DNA of 64,000 nucleotides from contig JBFFSH010000001.1 of NCBI GenBank assembly GCA_041572575.1, positions 1-64,000 on the forward strand. The letters run 5' to 3'. The notes under the pieces were generated by a model, which did no database searches, had not been told where the DNA came from, and saw only the letters and a program-made list of their open reading frames with translations. Numbering within the stretch: position 1 is the first letter of the stretch; every line of letters begins with the position of its first letter. The translations under genes were made by a program, and so were the position numbers. Origin of the DNA: Thermodesulfobacteriota bacterium (lineage in GTDB: Bacteria; Desulfobacterota_D; UBA1144; Nemesobacterales; N074bin48). Shown here piece by piece: positions 19,523-29,637 of this stretch.

Positions 19523-19738
19523 TCACGACTCATTAATATTATTTAATGCTATCCTTATAATTGATACTACCAGAATTAAACCCACAAGAATAAGAACTGC
19601 TGCCAGGATTTCACCAAAACCATTATTGCTAAAACCTATATTGAATGTATTATCATACCATTCAGGCATCCTAAAAATTGAAGCACCAAGCAATATCATC
19701 CCTATAGCGCTTATTAAGAATAATACTCTTCCTACCAT
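19523..19738 (-). CDS. Small 2-TM hypothetical membrane protein
   Basis: Two hydrophobic helices; AGGAG upstream. Confidence 0.5.
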   Translation of the reverse strand: MVGRVLFLISAIGMILLGASIFRMPEWYDNTFNIGFSNNGFGEILAAVLILVGLILVVSIIRIALNNINES

Positions 19739-19820
19739 GGTCAGATCTAAAAAAACTCCTGATAAAAACTAAAATATTGTTATATTATAACCGACCCCGA
19801 TACTTTGTGCCAATATTATT

Positions 19821-20828
19821 TTATATTTCTTTATTTTTTTCATAAACCTGCCCAAGTTCTGCAACAAGCTCTTTTACACCAGTCCCTACAAAAGCAGATA
19901 ACAACCTGACCGCAAGCCCTCTATTTCTAAAAACTTCTACTATTTCTGTTTGTTCATCCTTACTTAGCGTATCAATCTTATTTAGGGCAATAATCATTGG
20001 TTTTTCTAGTAACTCTGAAGAAAACTTATTTAATTCTCCCTGAAGTATTTCAAACTGGCTCACCGGGTCTTTATTGTCAACAGGGGATATATCTATTAAA
20101 TACAGCAGGATCGATGTCCTCTCTATGTGCTTTAAAAAGTTAATTCCTAGCCCTGCACCGGTGTGCGCCCCTTCAATCAGACCCGGAATATCTGCAACTA
20201 CGAATGTTTTGTGTTCCCCATACTCTACAACACCAAGATTTGGTATGAGCGTTGTAAAAGGATAATCAGCAATCTTGGGCTTTGCAGCAGATATTCTGGA
20301 TATTAGAGTTGATTTCCCCGCGTTTGGAAACCCTACAATACCTATATCAGCAAGAAGCTTAAGCTCCAGGTCAAGGTTTCTCTGCTCCCCTTCTGTCCCC
20401 TCTTCAAACTCCCTTGGTGCCTGATTAACTGAGCTTGCAAACCTGGCATTTCCCCTGCCCCCGATGCCGCCTCTTGCAATAACATAGGACTCTCCTTGTT
20501 GTTTAAGATCATAAATCACTTCACCAGTATCGGCATCTTTAACAAGAGTCCCAACGGGAAGAGGCACTATAATATCTTGTCCATATTTTCCATGCTGGTT
20601 CTTTCCCCTGCCGTTTGCTCCCCTCTGAGCCTTATAAATCTTCTTATATCTAAAATCCAATAAAGAGTTTATATTTGCATCGGCAAACAATATTACGTTG
20701 CCTCCTTTGCCGCCATCACCCCCACTAGGACCGCCCAAAGGTACAAACTTCTCCCTTCTAAACGCTACGCATCCATCGCCCCCACGCCCGGCAACAACAC
20801 TTATATTTGCTTCATCAATAAATTTCAT
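19821..20828 (-). CDS. obgE: GTPase ObgE/CgtA
   Basis: FIDEA...AG.GGDG..AFRREKF.P.GGP.GGDGG, GFPNAGKST, YPFTT, DIPG, NKID. Confidence 0.97.
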   Translation of the reverse strand: MKFIDEANISVVAGRGGDGCVAFRREKFVPLGGPSGGDGGKGGNVILFADANINSLLDFRYKKIYKAQRGANGRGKNQHGKYGQDIIVPLPVGTLVKDADTGEVIYDLKQQGESYVIARGGIGGRGNARFASSVNQAPREFEEGTEGEQRNLDLELKLLADIGIVGFPNAGKSTLISRISAAKPKIADYPFTTLIPNLGVVEYGEHKTFVVADIPGLIEGAHTGAGLGINFLKHIERTSILLYLIDISPVDNKDPVSQFEILQGELNKFSSELLEKPMIIALNKIDTLSKDEQTEIVEVFRNRGLAVRLLSAFVGTGVKELVAELGQVYEKNKEI

Positions 20829-20899
20829 AATACTTTTAGTAAAACTAATATATCTAAACCCTTGACACTACACGGGCTTATTAATAATATAAAGAACCG

Positions 20900-21673
20900 A
20901 TGAGAAAATTATTACTATTAAATTTAATTACCTTAACATTAATTATTGGGTGTGGTTCTAAAAAACCAATAGAAGGAAATAACGCAAAGGCAATGTATGA
21001 CAAAGCCCTGGAAGAGCTGAGCAAGGATAAAGGCGGCTTTTTTGGCCTTTTTAACGCTACGGACTATGGAACAATTGAAGAAACTCTAAAAGAAATACAA
21101 ATAAGATATACATACAGTCCATACGCAACGCTTGCCGAGCTTAGAACAGCAGATACATATTTCAAGCGGGGAGAGTATGAGCAGGCCGCTATAGAGTACG
21201 AAGAATTCATTAAAAGACACCCTTCTCACAACGGCACCGAATATGCAACTTTTTTTCTGGCACTTTGCAACTTTAAATCTATTAGAGGACACGACAGAGA
21301 TCCAAGTGGTGCAAGGGAAGCTGTTAAATGGTTAAACGAATATATAGAGCAATACCCCGATTCTCCACTAGTCCAACAAGCACATAATAATATAAGAGAA
21401 ACAATAGATGTACTTGCTGAAAGAGAAATATATATTGGAGACTATTATTACAATAAAAATAACTTTAAAGCATCTTCAGAACGCTACAAAACGGTTATAG
21501 ATCAATATCCCCAGACAACACACTATGCAAAGGCACTATACCTTTTAGGAAAGTCATACTCTGATATGAATGAAAATAGCCTAGCTCTATCTGCGCTCAA
21601 TAGGGTAATAAATGAATTTCCCAATTCAAAATATAATAAAGATGCTTTAGAGCTTGCATCCAGAATAAAGTAG
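20900..21673 (+). CDS. bamD: Outer membrane protein assembly factor BamD
   Basis: Lipobox IIGC; YSPYA..AEL..AD.YF, RHPSH, RD...A..A, LAERE.YIG.YY. Confidence 0.85.
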   Translation: MRKLLLLNLITLTLIIGCGSKKPIEGNNAKAMYDKALEELSKDKGGFFGLFNATDYGTIEETLKEIQIRYTYSPYATLAELRTADTYFKRGEYEQAAIEYEEFIKRHPSHNGTEYATFFLALCNFKSIRGHDRDPSGAREAVKWLNEYIEQYPDSPLVQQAHNNIRETIDVLAEREIYIGDYYYNKNNFKASSERYKTVIDQYPQTTHYAKALYLLGKSYSDMNENSLALSALNRVINEFPNSKYNKDALELASRIK

Positions 21674-21675
21674 GG

Positions 21676-22140
21676 ATGAAAAAGAGCATCAAATATGTAG
21701 TACTGACGCTGTTATTTGCACTTCCTATATTATCGTGCGGAAATGCTGATAACAATGATATCAAAAAAGTGCTCAGTGACAGGCAGACTGCATTTGAGAC
21801 AAAAGATTTACAACTCTATCTTAGCTGCATTTCTCCAGATTATAGCCAAAAAGCAGAAGATTCTGTCATAGGTATTGAAGAACTAAGCAAAAACTTCCAA
21901 ACAAACACAACAGTTTTTGATACACTAAAAATTACACGAAAAGACATTAGCATATATATGAAAGGGCAGGGTATTGCCGAAGTGTATCAAAAATCGCTTT
22001 TCAACCTAAAGATAGAATCACAATCCAGCAAATTCAAAACGGTTGAGAAAATGCTTTTTGAAAAAAAGGGAGGTAACTGGAAGATTGTAAAAGAATCAGA
22101 ACTTGATCTGTTTAGGGGATTTGTTTTTGGTTCTAAATAG
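21676..22140 (+). CDS. Lipoprotein, NTF2/SnoaL-like fold
   Basis: Lipobox ILSC; AF.TKDL..Y.SCISPDY...; K.GGNWKIV. Confidence 0.6.
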   Translation: MKKSIKYVVLTLLFALPILSCGNADNNDIKKVLSDRQTAFETKDLQLYLSCISPDYSQKAEDSVIGIEELSKNFQTNTTVFDTLKITRKDISIYMKGQGIAEVYQKSLFNLKIESQSSKFKTVEKMLFEKKGGNWKIVKESELDLFRGFVFGSK

Positions 22141-22145
22141 AAAAA

Positions 22146-22511
22146 TTATAATCCAAACTGCTTTTCCACTTTTTCCTGTTCTTCCTTGCAGTTTATACAA
22201 AGAGTAGTCTCAGGGCGGGCTTTTAATCTGTTTGCCGATATATCTTCTCCACAGTCATCGCACACCCCATAAGTACCGTCCTCAGTCCTGGCTATTGCCT
22301 GTTTGATTTTCTGTATGAGTTTTCTCTCGCGGTCTCTCTTTCTAAGCTCTATGCTTCTATTTGATTCAGACATTGCTCTGTCCAGAGGGTCCGGAAATGG
22401 ATCATCGCCCTGGCTCAGGTCATCCAGGGTTTCACCTGCAGTGCCCATAAGCATATCCATACGCTGCTGCAGGAGGTCTTTATACATTTTTAGATCAGTT
22501 GCTTTCATCAA
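22146..22511 (-). CDS. dksA: RNA polymerase-binding transcription factor DksA
   Basis: DPLDRA coiled-coil tip, RDRERKLI.KI, YGVCDDC...RLKARP...LCINC. Confidence 0.92.
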   Translation of the reverse strand: MMKATDLKMYKDLLQQRMDMLMGTAGETLDDLSQGDDPFPDPLDRAMSESNRSIELRKRDRERKLIQKIKQAIARTEDGTYGVCDDCGEDISANRLKARPETTLCINCKEEQEKVEKQFGL

Positions 22512-22670
22512 ATCCTCAATAAATTAATTAATTTATTACATGAGTCTATCAATTTATTATTGATAGTCAATTGTTGACAATGTGAAATATTGTATATATT
22601 AAGACATCAATTCTTTTCTAAAATTGGGATTCATCTAATCATTAATAATAAAGACCACAGGAGAGTATAG

Positions 22671-23711
22671 TTGAGCAAATTTAGTACAATTGAGTGGAAA
22701 GATGGAAGCGTTGTTATGATAGATCAGCGCAAACTTCCTACTGAAGAAACGTATATTAAATGCACTACCTCTGCACAGGTCGCAAAAGCCATTAAAGAGA
22801 TGGTAATAAGGGGCGCTCCTGCAATAGGAGTTGCTGCAGCAATGGGTGTTGCGCTTGGTGCAAAAAAAATAAGAGCGAAAAATAAGGATATATTTTTTAG
22901 TAAGCTAAAATCCTTATCAGATGAAATAGCATCTACCCGCCCTACTGCTGTAAATCTCTTTTGGGCTGTAAAGAGAATGAATGATCTTGCAAATTCTCTA
23001 AAAAATGAGGAAATTGAAAATATTGTTACAAGACTTATCCAAGAAGCAGAACTTATACGCAAAGAAGACATTGAGATTTGTAAAGATATAGGAAAAATGG
23101 GTGCAAAACTGCTAAAAAAGGGAAACAACGTTATTACCCACTGTAATGCCGGCGCTCTTGCAACGGCAGGTTATGGTACGGCGCTAGGAGTTTTGAGGGC
23201 AGCTAGTGAGCAGGGCAAGAACATTCATGTTTACTCCACTGAAACAAGGCCCTTTCTACAGGGCTCCAGACTTACCGCCTGGGAGCTTAGTAAAGACAAT
23301 ATCCCTGTGACTATTATTACCGACAGTATGGCAGGCCATGTTATGAGAAGTAAAAACATCGATGCAGTAGTAGTAGGGGCTGATAGAATAGCTGCAAACG
23401 GAGACGTAGCTAATAAAATAGGCACTTTTTCACTATCAATACTTGCTAAGCATCATAAAATTCCATTTTATGTAGCAGCTCCACTATCTACAATCGATGT
23501 TAACTGTGCTTCGGGAGACAAAATACCAATTGAACAAAGAGATCCTGCTGAAATAAGCACTATTAAGGGTAAGAGGATTGCAGCAGATACAGATATCTAT
23601 AACCCTGCATTTGATATTACACCAAACAAAAATATTGATGCGATTATTACTGAAAAAGGTGTGATTACTCGTCCTTATATTAAATCAATATCAAAGCTTT
23701 TTAATAACTAG
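22671..23711 (+). CDS. mtnA: S-methyl-5-thioribose-1-phosphate isomerase
   Basis: IRGAPAIG, RPTAVNL, THCNAGALAT.GYGTA, ETRP.LQG.RLT.WEL, NPAFD.TP. Confidence 0.96.
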   Translation: MSKFSTIEWKDGSVVMIDQRKLPTEETYIKCTTSAQVAKAIKEMVIRGAPAIGVAAAMGVALGAKKIRAKNKDIFFSKLKSLSDEIASTRPTAVNLFWAVKRMNDLANSLKNEEIENIVTRLIQEAELIRKEDIEICKDIGKMGAKLLKKGNNVITHCNAGALATAGYGTALGVLRAASEQGKNIHVYSTETRPFLQGSRLTAWELSKDNIPVTIITDSMAGHVMRSKNIDAVVVGADRIAANGDVANKIGTFSLSILAKHHKIPFYVAAPLSTIDVNCASGDKIPIEQRDPAEISTIKGKRIAADTDIYNPAFDITPNKNIDAIITEKGVITRPYIKSISKLFNN

Positions 23712-24235
23712 AGCTCACCGTGTCTTTCAAGCTCAATTTTGCACGATAGGCAAAGTTTTGCAAAGGGCATCACTCTGAGCCTGTCTTCGCCTATTTCATC
23801 CATACAGTTATCGCACTCTCCATAAACACCTTCTTCTATGCGTTTTAGGGATTCATCGATTTGAATAAGCTTGGTACGCTCTCTATCTGTAAACATAAGA
23901 GCAAGTTCTCTGTCTCTGTCATTGGATGCATGATCGTAAAAATCACCCACGTCATTTTTTAGATAGTCCGATTCATCTTTTATTGACTTTCCGACGTCCT
24001 GCAACAGCTCTTTTTTCATCTGCTCAAGCATTAGTTTAATTTCATCTTTCCAGTCAGAAGCTTTTGCTTTTTTCGTGGGTTTAGGAGTTGCAGATAAATC
24101 TTTAGCAGCAGATGTCTTGGTAGTTTTTTTGGCTGCTTTAGCGGTAGTTTTCTTAGTGGCTGCCGCACGTGTTGTTTTTTTTGTTTTTTCTGTATCAGCT
24201 TTTTTCTGTCTTGGCATATTAGTCTCTGTCATCAC
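23708..24235 (-). CDS. TraR/DksA-family C4 zinc-finger protein with Lys/Ala/Thr-rich N-terminal tail
   Basis: GDFYDHA, YGECDNC...RL..MP...LCLSC; basic low-complexity first ~60 aa. Confidence 0.88.
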   Translation of the reverse strand: MMTETNMPRQKKADTEKTKKTTRAAATKKTTAKAAKKTTKTSAAKDLSATPKPTKKAKASDWKDEIKLMLEQMKKELLQDVGKSIKDESDYLKNDVGDFYDHASNDRDRELALMFTDRERTKLIQIDESLKRIEEGVYGECDNCMDEIGEDRLRVMPFAKLCLSCKIELERHGEL

Positions 24236-24406
24236 CTGAAAATTTTAAGGTTTATTAAGATAAGCAGGCAATCATTTTTGTCAAGTAATAATCATACAAA
24301 CTCTGATGTAAAAAATCATGTTTTTTCAAATTTATTACAAATGTGATATTATGAGTAAAGCTTATTTTATACCGAATTTAAGATATATTAGTATAGAATT
24401 AACTAA

Positions 24407-25960
24407 ATGAGCAACAATCGTTCAGGCAAACGAGAGCTATGGAACTCTAAAACAGGCCTTATTCTGGCTATGGCTGGAAACGCTATAGGACTTGGCAATT
24501 TCCTTCGCTTTCCTGTACAGGCAGCTGAAAACGGCGGTGGGGCGTTTATGGTGCCCTATATAATCTCATTTTTTCTCATCGGTATCCCTATTATGTGGTG
24601 CGAATGGGCAATAGGCAGATACGGTGGCTCCAAGGGCCATGGTACTACTCCTTCGATATTTGCCCTCTTATGGGATCATCCGGCTGCAAAAATAATAGGA
24701 GTTCTCGGGCTTTGGATTCCCCTTATAGTAGCAATATATTATATTTATATTGAATCCTGGACCCTTGGATATTCTCTTCATTTTCTTCTTGGCTCAAGCC
24801 CTGAAATTCCTACTACCAATACTGAAGATGTAAATGCTTATATTAAACCATTTGGTGACTTCTTAGGTACATATATCGGAGCTGGTGAAGTATTTTTAAA
24901 GCCTTCGACAATGGCTTATACGGCATTTGTAATTACCCTTATTATTAATTTCACAATTCTTTTAAAAGGTATTAGCAGGGGTATAGAAATTTTTGCAAAA
25001 TTCGCGCTTCCCACTTTATTTATACTTGCAATAATTCTTCTTATTAGAGTATTAACCCTGGATACTCCGCATGGAAATGCCATTGCCGGGCTAAATTTCC
25101 TGTGGACCCCCGACCTGCAGGCTCTTAAAAATCCAAACGTATGGATTGCAGCAGCAGGACAGATGTTTTTTACTCTTAGCCTGGGTTTTGGAGCAATAAT
25201 AACCTATGCGTCATATGTTAAGCATGACCACGACATAACCTTGAGTGGTCTTACTTCGGCATCATTAAATGAAACAGTTGAGGTTGTAATAGGAGGTTCA
25301 ATTGCTATTCCAGCGGCTGTTGCATTTTTTGGAGTAACAGGAGCTATTGTAATAGCCCAGTCCGGAGCATTCAGCCTTGGTTTTGTTAGTGTGCCTGCAA
25401 TATTCGCATCAATGCCTCTTGGAAACTTATTTGGGTTTTTATGGTTTTTTCTTCTTTTCTTTGCAGGTCTTACATCGTCTGTTGCTATTACCCAACCAAT
25501 CATAACATTCTTTCAGGATGAATTTTCTTATACACGAACCAAGTCGATTGTAGTTTCATATATTATAATTGTAGTAAGCGTAATAATGGTTATTTTTGTA
25601 GATAAAACAATTGATGAATGGGATTTTTGGGCAGGAACAATAGGAGTTGTCCTTTTGGGGTTTTTTGAGCTTATAATATTTATTTGGATTTTTGGAGGGG
25701 AAAAAGCATGGGAGGAAGTAAACAGGCACGGACTTATAAGAGCTCCAAAGATATTTTATTACATAATGAGATATATAACCCCTCTATTTTTACTTCTGTT
25801 GATTGCATTTTGGGGCTATGATTTTCTGCCAAAGATACTTGAGCAAAGCTCATGGAACATCTGGCTTTCAAGAGCTTATATTATAGGACTTTTTGTATTT
25901 TTAACGTTTCTTGTGTTCAGATCAGAATCAAAAAAGGAGGCTAAGCCAATTGGAAATTAG
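24407..25960 (+). CDS. Neurotransmitter:sodium symporter (NSS) family amino-acid transporter, LeuT-like
   Basis: [50 protein letters not shown]; about 12 TM. Confidence 0.95.
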   Translation: MSNNRSGKRELWNSKTGLILAMAGNAIGLGNFLRFPVQAAENGGGAFMVPYIISFFLIGIPIMWCEWAIGRYGGSKGHGTTPSIFALLWDHPAAKIIGVLGLWIPLIVAIYYIYIESWTLGYSLHFLLGSSPEIPTTNTEDVNAYIKPFGDFLGTYIGAGEVFLKPSTMAYTAFVITLIINFTILLKGISRGIEIFAKFALPTLFILAIILLIRVLTLDTPHGNAIAGLNFLWTPDLQALKNPNVWIAAAGQMFFTLSLGFGAIITYASYVKHDHDITLSGLTSASLNETVEVVIGGSIAIPAAVAFFGVTGAIVIAQSGAFSLGFVSVPAIFASMPLGNLFGFLWFFLLFFAGLTSSVAITQPIITFFQDEFSYTRTKSIVVSYIIIVVSVIMVIFVDKTIDEWDFWAGTIGVVLLGFFELIIFIWIFGGEKAWEEVNRHGLIRAPKIFYYIMRYITPLFLLLLIAFWGYDFLPKILEQSSWNIWLSRAYIIGLFVFLTFLVFRSESKKEAKPIGN

Positions 25961-26051
25961 TGCTCTTATGTTTATGACTGGTTCCTGGGGATTTATTTTA
26001 TCTCTGTTGACCTACTGCATTTATAAGCTTATGACTGCAATAAAGAAATAA
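25950..26051 (+). CDS. Putative MetS-like NSS transporter small subunit (33 aa)
   Basis: AAGGAGG RBS, TTG start overlapping transporter stop; [33 protein letters not shown], a single TM helix; not in ORF track. Confidence 0.75.
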   Translation: MEISALMFMTGSWGFILSLLTYCIYKLMTAIKK

Positions 26052-26055
26052 AGTT

Positions 26056-26808
26056 CTATTTTTTATAGAAATCTTTTTCCCACTTCTTCTGGTTTTGGCT
26101 TGCTTCCTGCATTGCCGGAATATACTGGGCTGCAAAGACCATAAATTTATTAATCAAGTTATATGGAAACTTTATTGGTCTTACAAAATCAACAAAGAGC
26201 ACTACTCTGAAGCCATCAGTATCGTTCCAGACTTCATGTTCATAGGTATCATCAAATACTATACTTTGCCCTTCATCCCATACATGAATCTGGTCGTCTA
26301 CTCTTATCCTGCATTTTTCCTTTGGCTGTGGAACTATAAGCCCCAGATGATATCTTAACACTCCGTTGAAAGGGCCTTTATGAGCCGGGATATGTTTATT
26401 GGGCGATAGTATTGAAAAAAATGCTGTCTTCATACCAGGGATTTTTTTAAGAATCCTTGCTGTTTCCGGACACCTTTTACAGTTTTCCTTACTTTCAATA
26501 CCATATCCTGCAAGAAAATAAGTCTTCCAGTTATTATCAGTAGTTATCGCATCCACCCCAGGCATAATATTCTGGAAATTTGGAAGTTCTGATCTGTGCT
26601 TCATTACATCCTCAAGCTCACTTCTAATACTAAGCCACTCATCTTCAACTTCTTTTACCCACGGAAAGCTAGAATTATCATATACTGGCGGGTTGCCGTT
26701 TATGGAATATCTTTCATTAATTCCCTCAGCCCAGTTAATGAATGATGAAAGCCCTCCTGCGTACTTTTTGGGTGGATTAAAACCTTTTGAGGTGTTGTCA
26801 TTACTCAT
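26056..26808 (-). CDS. Aspartyl/asparaginyl beta-hydroxylase-family 2OG-Fe dioxygenase
   Basis: FSIL.P.KHIPAHKGP..GVLRYHLGL, FDDTYEHEVWN, RVVLFVD. Confidence 0.9.
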   Translation of the reverse strand: MSNDNTSKGFNPPKKYAGGLSSFINWAEGINERYSINGNPPVYDNSSFPWVKEVEDEWLSIRSELEDVMKHRSELPNFQNIMPGVDAITTDNNWKTYFLAGYGIESKENCKRCPETARILKKIPGMKTAFFSILSPNKHIPAHKGPFNGVLRYHLGLIVPQPKEKCRIRVDDQIHVWDEGQSIVFDDTYEHEVWNDTDGFRVVLFVDFVRPIKFPYNLINKFMVFAAQYIPAMQEASQNQKKWEKDFYKK

Positions 26809-26817
26809 GATATTAGA

Positions 26818-28128
26818 TCAGCCCTTTTGATTTGAATAATTTTTAATATTTAAATAATCTTCTATAAGATGAATAAAAAACAGCAACATTGCAAATGTAA
26901 GAAGTCCGAACATCCAGGTGTATCCACCAATAATAGAAACAATCATAAATCCCATAGCATAAGCGTTTCTTCTTGACAGCGGCCTTAGAAATAAAATAAA
27001 CCTTCTTATAAAAGAGGGATTATCCTCGTATTTATCTATTGTGAAATATTCTACAAGACTTCCCGAGTTTGTATATTTGGAAAGATAATGAAAAGACCAG
27101 ATTAGAAAGAAGAAAAATACAAACAGGTTAAAAAGGCCAAAGAATATAGCAAGATTGCTGTCCGACACCCTGTAATATCCTATTGTAAGACCAATAAAAA
27201 AGGAGAGCACAGTAAATTGATCAGATATTGTATCCACCCACTGCCCGGTTTTGGTTTCCATGAGCTTTACCCTTGCAACTTCACCATCACATCTGTCTAA
27301 AACTGTTGCAACATACAAGAAAAAACAGCCCCATACCGGATGACCGAGAGCAAGGAATACTCCTGACATCATACCTATTACATTTAACAACACGCTTATC
27401 ATATTGGGAGTAAGAGAAGTCTTAACAAGCTGCCGGCTTGTAGGAAGTGAAAATCTGCTGTTTATTTTTCTCGATACCCAGCCAGTAGCGGTTTTACCAA
27501 CATTTGAGAAAAGTATTTCTTTTGCCTCATTAAAAGATTGATCAGTATCATTTAAATGATACCAGTAGCCACTGGTTATTTGCTGATATTTGATTTTTGC
27601 TGAAGAGCTCAGTTTATTAGATACGAAACTGCCTATAGAGTCAGAAGAGTTAATTATCTTTTTAAGCTCCTTACCAGTAGATATGAAAGCACCTATTGCC
27701 TGCCCACTGTTTTTAAAGCTGCCTTCAATTTTACCATTGTTTAGTGTAAGAGAAGGATTATCTAACTCATCTACAAGAATCAAAAAATCATTTTTAGCAA
27801 TTTTTTGATTAATAAAATCTTTTAGGCTTTCAGGAGTAATAACGAGATTGGATTGTAAAACAAGGCAGTGCTCATCATCCAAACTAATCTTTTCTCCCTT
27901 TTTATGCCAGTTGACACTAGAAGATATTCTCTTATCAGTTTCAATATTATCCAGTGCATGATAATTGTCAGTTTGGGTTAGGACGGTAAATTTACTTATA
28001 CCTGCCCTCTGAGCCACAATTATTAGTCTGTTTAGCTGCGGAACTCCGACGAGTTCTTTGGTGGGAAATTCGGATAAATCTGCCCCGTCAATGCCGGTGC
28101 CGCTTGCAACAATGATTGCATGATACAT
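26818..28128 (-). CDS. CDP-alcohol phosphatidyltransferase fused to degenerate NTP-transferase-like domain
   Basis: TPN..S, LDRCDGEVAR...GQWVDTISD signature; N-terminal AIIVASG..., GVPQL.RLI. Confidence 0.85.
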   Translation of the reverse strand: MYHAIIVASGTGIDGADLSEFPTKELVGVPQLNRLIIVAQRAGISKFTVLTQTDNYHALDNIETDKRISSSVNWHKKGEKISLDDEHCLVLQSNLVITPESLKDFINQKIAKNDFLILVDELDNPSLTLNNGKIEGSFKNSGQAIGAFISTGKELKKIINSSDSIGSFVSNKLSSSAKIKYQQITSGYWYHLNDTDQSFNEAKEILFSNVGKTATGWVSRKINSRFSLPTSRQLVKTSLTPNMISVLLNVIGMMSGVFLALGHPVWGCFFLYVATVLDRCDGEVARVKLMETKTGQWVDTISDQFTVLSFFIGLTIGYYRVSDSNLAIFFGLFNLFVFFFFLIWSFHYLSKYTNSGSLVEYFTIDKYEDNPSFIRRFILFLRPLSRRNAYAMGFMIVSIIGGYTWMFGLLTFAMLLFFIHLIEDYLNIKNYSNQKG

Positions 28129-28136
28129 TTGTAGTA

Positions 28137-28931
28137 TTATCTGTTGCTATCAACAACCCTAAGCAATCTTTGTTCGTATGGCACATCCGTCTGGAACTTG
28201 CTATCTATAAACTTGCTTGCATTAATTCTTGCTTTAAAGAGGTCTCCGGGATAGTCAACATCCATCCAGAACATATCTTCTACATCAAAGGATTTAACTT
28301 TGTATCCTTTTTCAATGAGCCTGTGTATTGCAGATATATACCATTTTTTCTCAGGATTCTCTGACCTCATCTCCTCTTCAATCGATCTTTTTAAAAGCTC
28401 TACGCCTGTATCTCTAAAAACCCTTACGCCGACTGATTCTGCGCTTGGTGAACTCTCAAGTGACTTGCCAACTTCTACGATGTTTCCTTCCTTTACTACA
28501 ATCTTCATATCCTCATCTTCATACTCGTCTCTTTTCTTTGCAGGAAGGCAAATCTTATCTTCGAGCATACTGAGCGCCGAATCAAGCACTTCAAGTTCAA
28601 ACACATCATCACCATTCATCACTACTATATCCTGATCCATTTCACCACGTGCTATCCAGAGTGAAATCAGGCTGTTGGTTGTTTGATAGAATGGATTATA
28701 AAGTGTCTTAATCTTTAAACCCAGTCCATCGTAGTTTCTCAGAAAATCTTCTACTTTTTCAAATCCAAAACCAATTACTATTACTACTTCGTCAATCCCG
28801 CAAGCTCTAATGCTGTTTATTTGATGTTCAAGGATGGTAACCCCGCCTACATCCAACAAACACTTAGGAATATATTTTGTATAAGGATATAGCCTTTTGC
28901 CCCTACCTGCTGCAAGTATAATTGCTTTCAT
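28137..28931 (-). CDS. Phosphocholine/sugar-phosphate cytidylyltransferase-family protein
   Basis: KAIILAAGRGKRL...T..PKCLL, NP.Y..TN...SL, NGD, W.DVD.P.DL. Confidence 0.88.
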   Translation of the reverse strand: MKAIILAAGRGKRLYPYTKYIPKCLLDVGGVTILEHQINSIRACGIDEVVIVIGFGFEKVEDFLRNYDGLGLKIKTLYNPFYQTTNSLISLWIARGEMDQDIVVMNGDDVFELEVLDSALSMLEDKICLPAKKRDEYEDEDMKIVVKEGNIVEVGKSLESSPSAESVGVRVFRDTGVELLKRSIEEEMRSENPEKKWYISAIHRLIEKGYKVKSFDVEDMFWMDVDYPGDLFKARINASKFIDSKFQTDVPYEQRLLRVVDSNR

Positions 28932-29232
28932 TAGTATTTCTCCAAATTCTCCAAATCAGTTATTACAGTTGCTGAGTTGCAACATAGGTAGGTTTTATAA
29001 GTATTTTTGAATAAAAATACACCTTCATCCTACCATCTCCTTTAATAAACTTAGATTTATAACCTCTTTCTTCTTAGATGTCAATATTATGATGTTTTGT
29101 ATCTTTTAAAAGATGCATCAAAATTTTAAATTGAATTTTACATTAAAATCATAAATATTTCTAACAATCACCACAGAAACTTTCTCAAACTATGGCAATT
29201 TGTATAATGTCAGGTAATTTCAAAATTATTTA

Positions 29233-29622
29233 TTACGAGCCTGCTACCTTCAGCTTTGCAACATGATCTGATATATGTTTAACAGAATTATCATCATTTA
29301 CATAAATCAGCTTAGGTTTGTGGAGACTAGCCTCATTTTCTGAGTAATCTGCATAGTTTGCAATTATCACCAGATCGCCTGTTTTTGCCAGATGAGCTGC
29401 TGCACCATTTATGCATATATGTCCTGAGTTCCTCTGCCCTTCTATAACATAAGTGGAAAGCCTGTTACCATTTGTAATGTTATAGATATGCACCTGTTCA
29501 TATTCCTGCAGGTCTGCAAGATCCATAAGCTCGCGGTCAATGGTAACGCTGCCTTCATAGTCAACATTAGCATCTGTAACCGTTGCCCTGTGAATCTTAG
29601 ATTTTAATAATGTGCGGTGCAT
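29233..29622 (-). CDS. panD: Aspartate 1-decarboxylase
   Basis: [10 protein letters not shown]...YEGS.TID, NG.RL.TY.I, INGAAAH. Confidence 0.97.
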   Translation of the reverse strand: MHRTLLKSKIHRATVTDANVDYEGSVTIDRELMDLADLQEYEQVHIYNITNGNRLSTYVIEGQRNSGHICINGAAAHLAKTGDLVIIANYADYSENEASLHKPKLIYVNDDNSVKHISDHVAKLKVAGS

Positions 29623-29637
29623 TATCTTACCTCCTTA

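Noticed and set aside
19797..19813. TTGGCAC on minus strand as a sigma54 promoter
   Set aside because: No GC at the -12 position
29020..29040. GGAGATGG start resembling a fluoride riboswitch
   Set aside because: Remaining consensus and pseudoknot are absent; downstream genes are unrelated to fluoride
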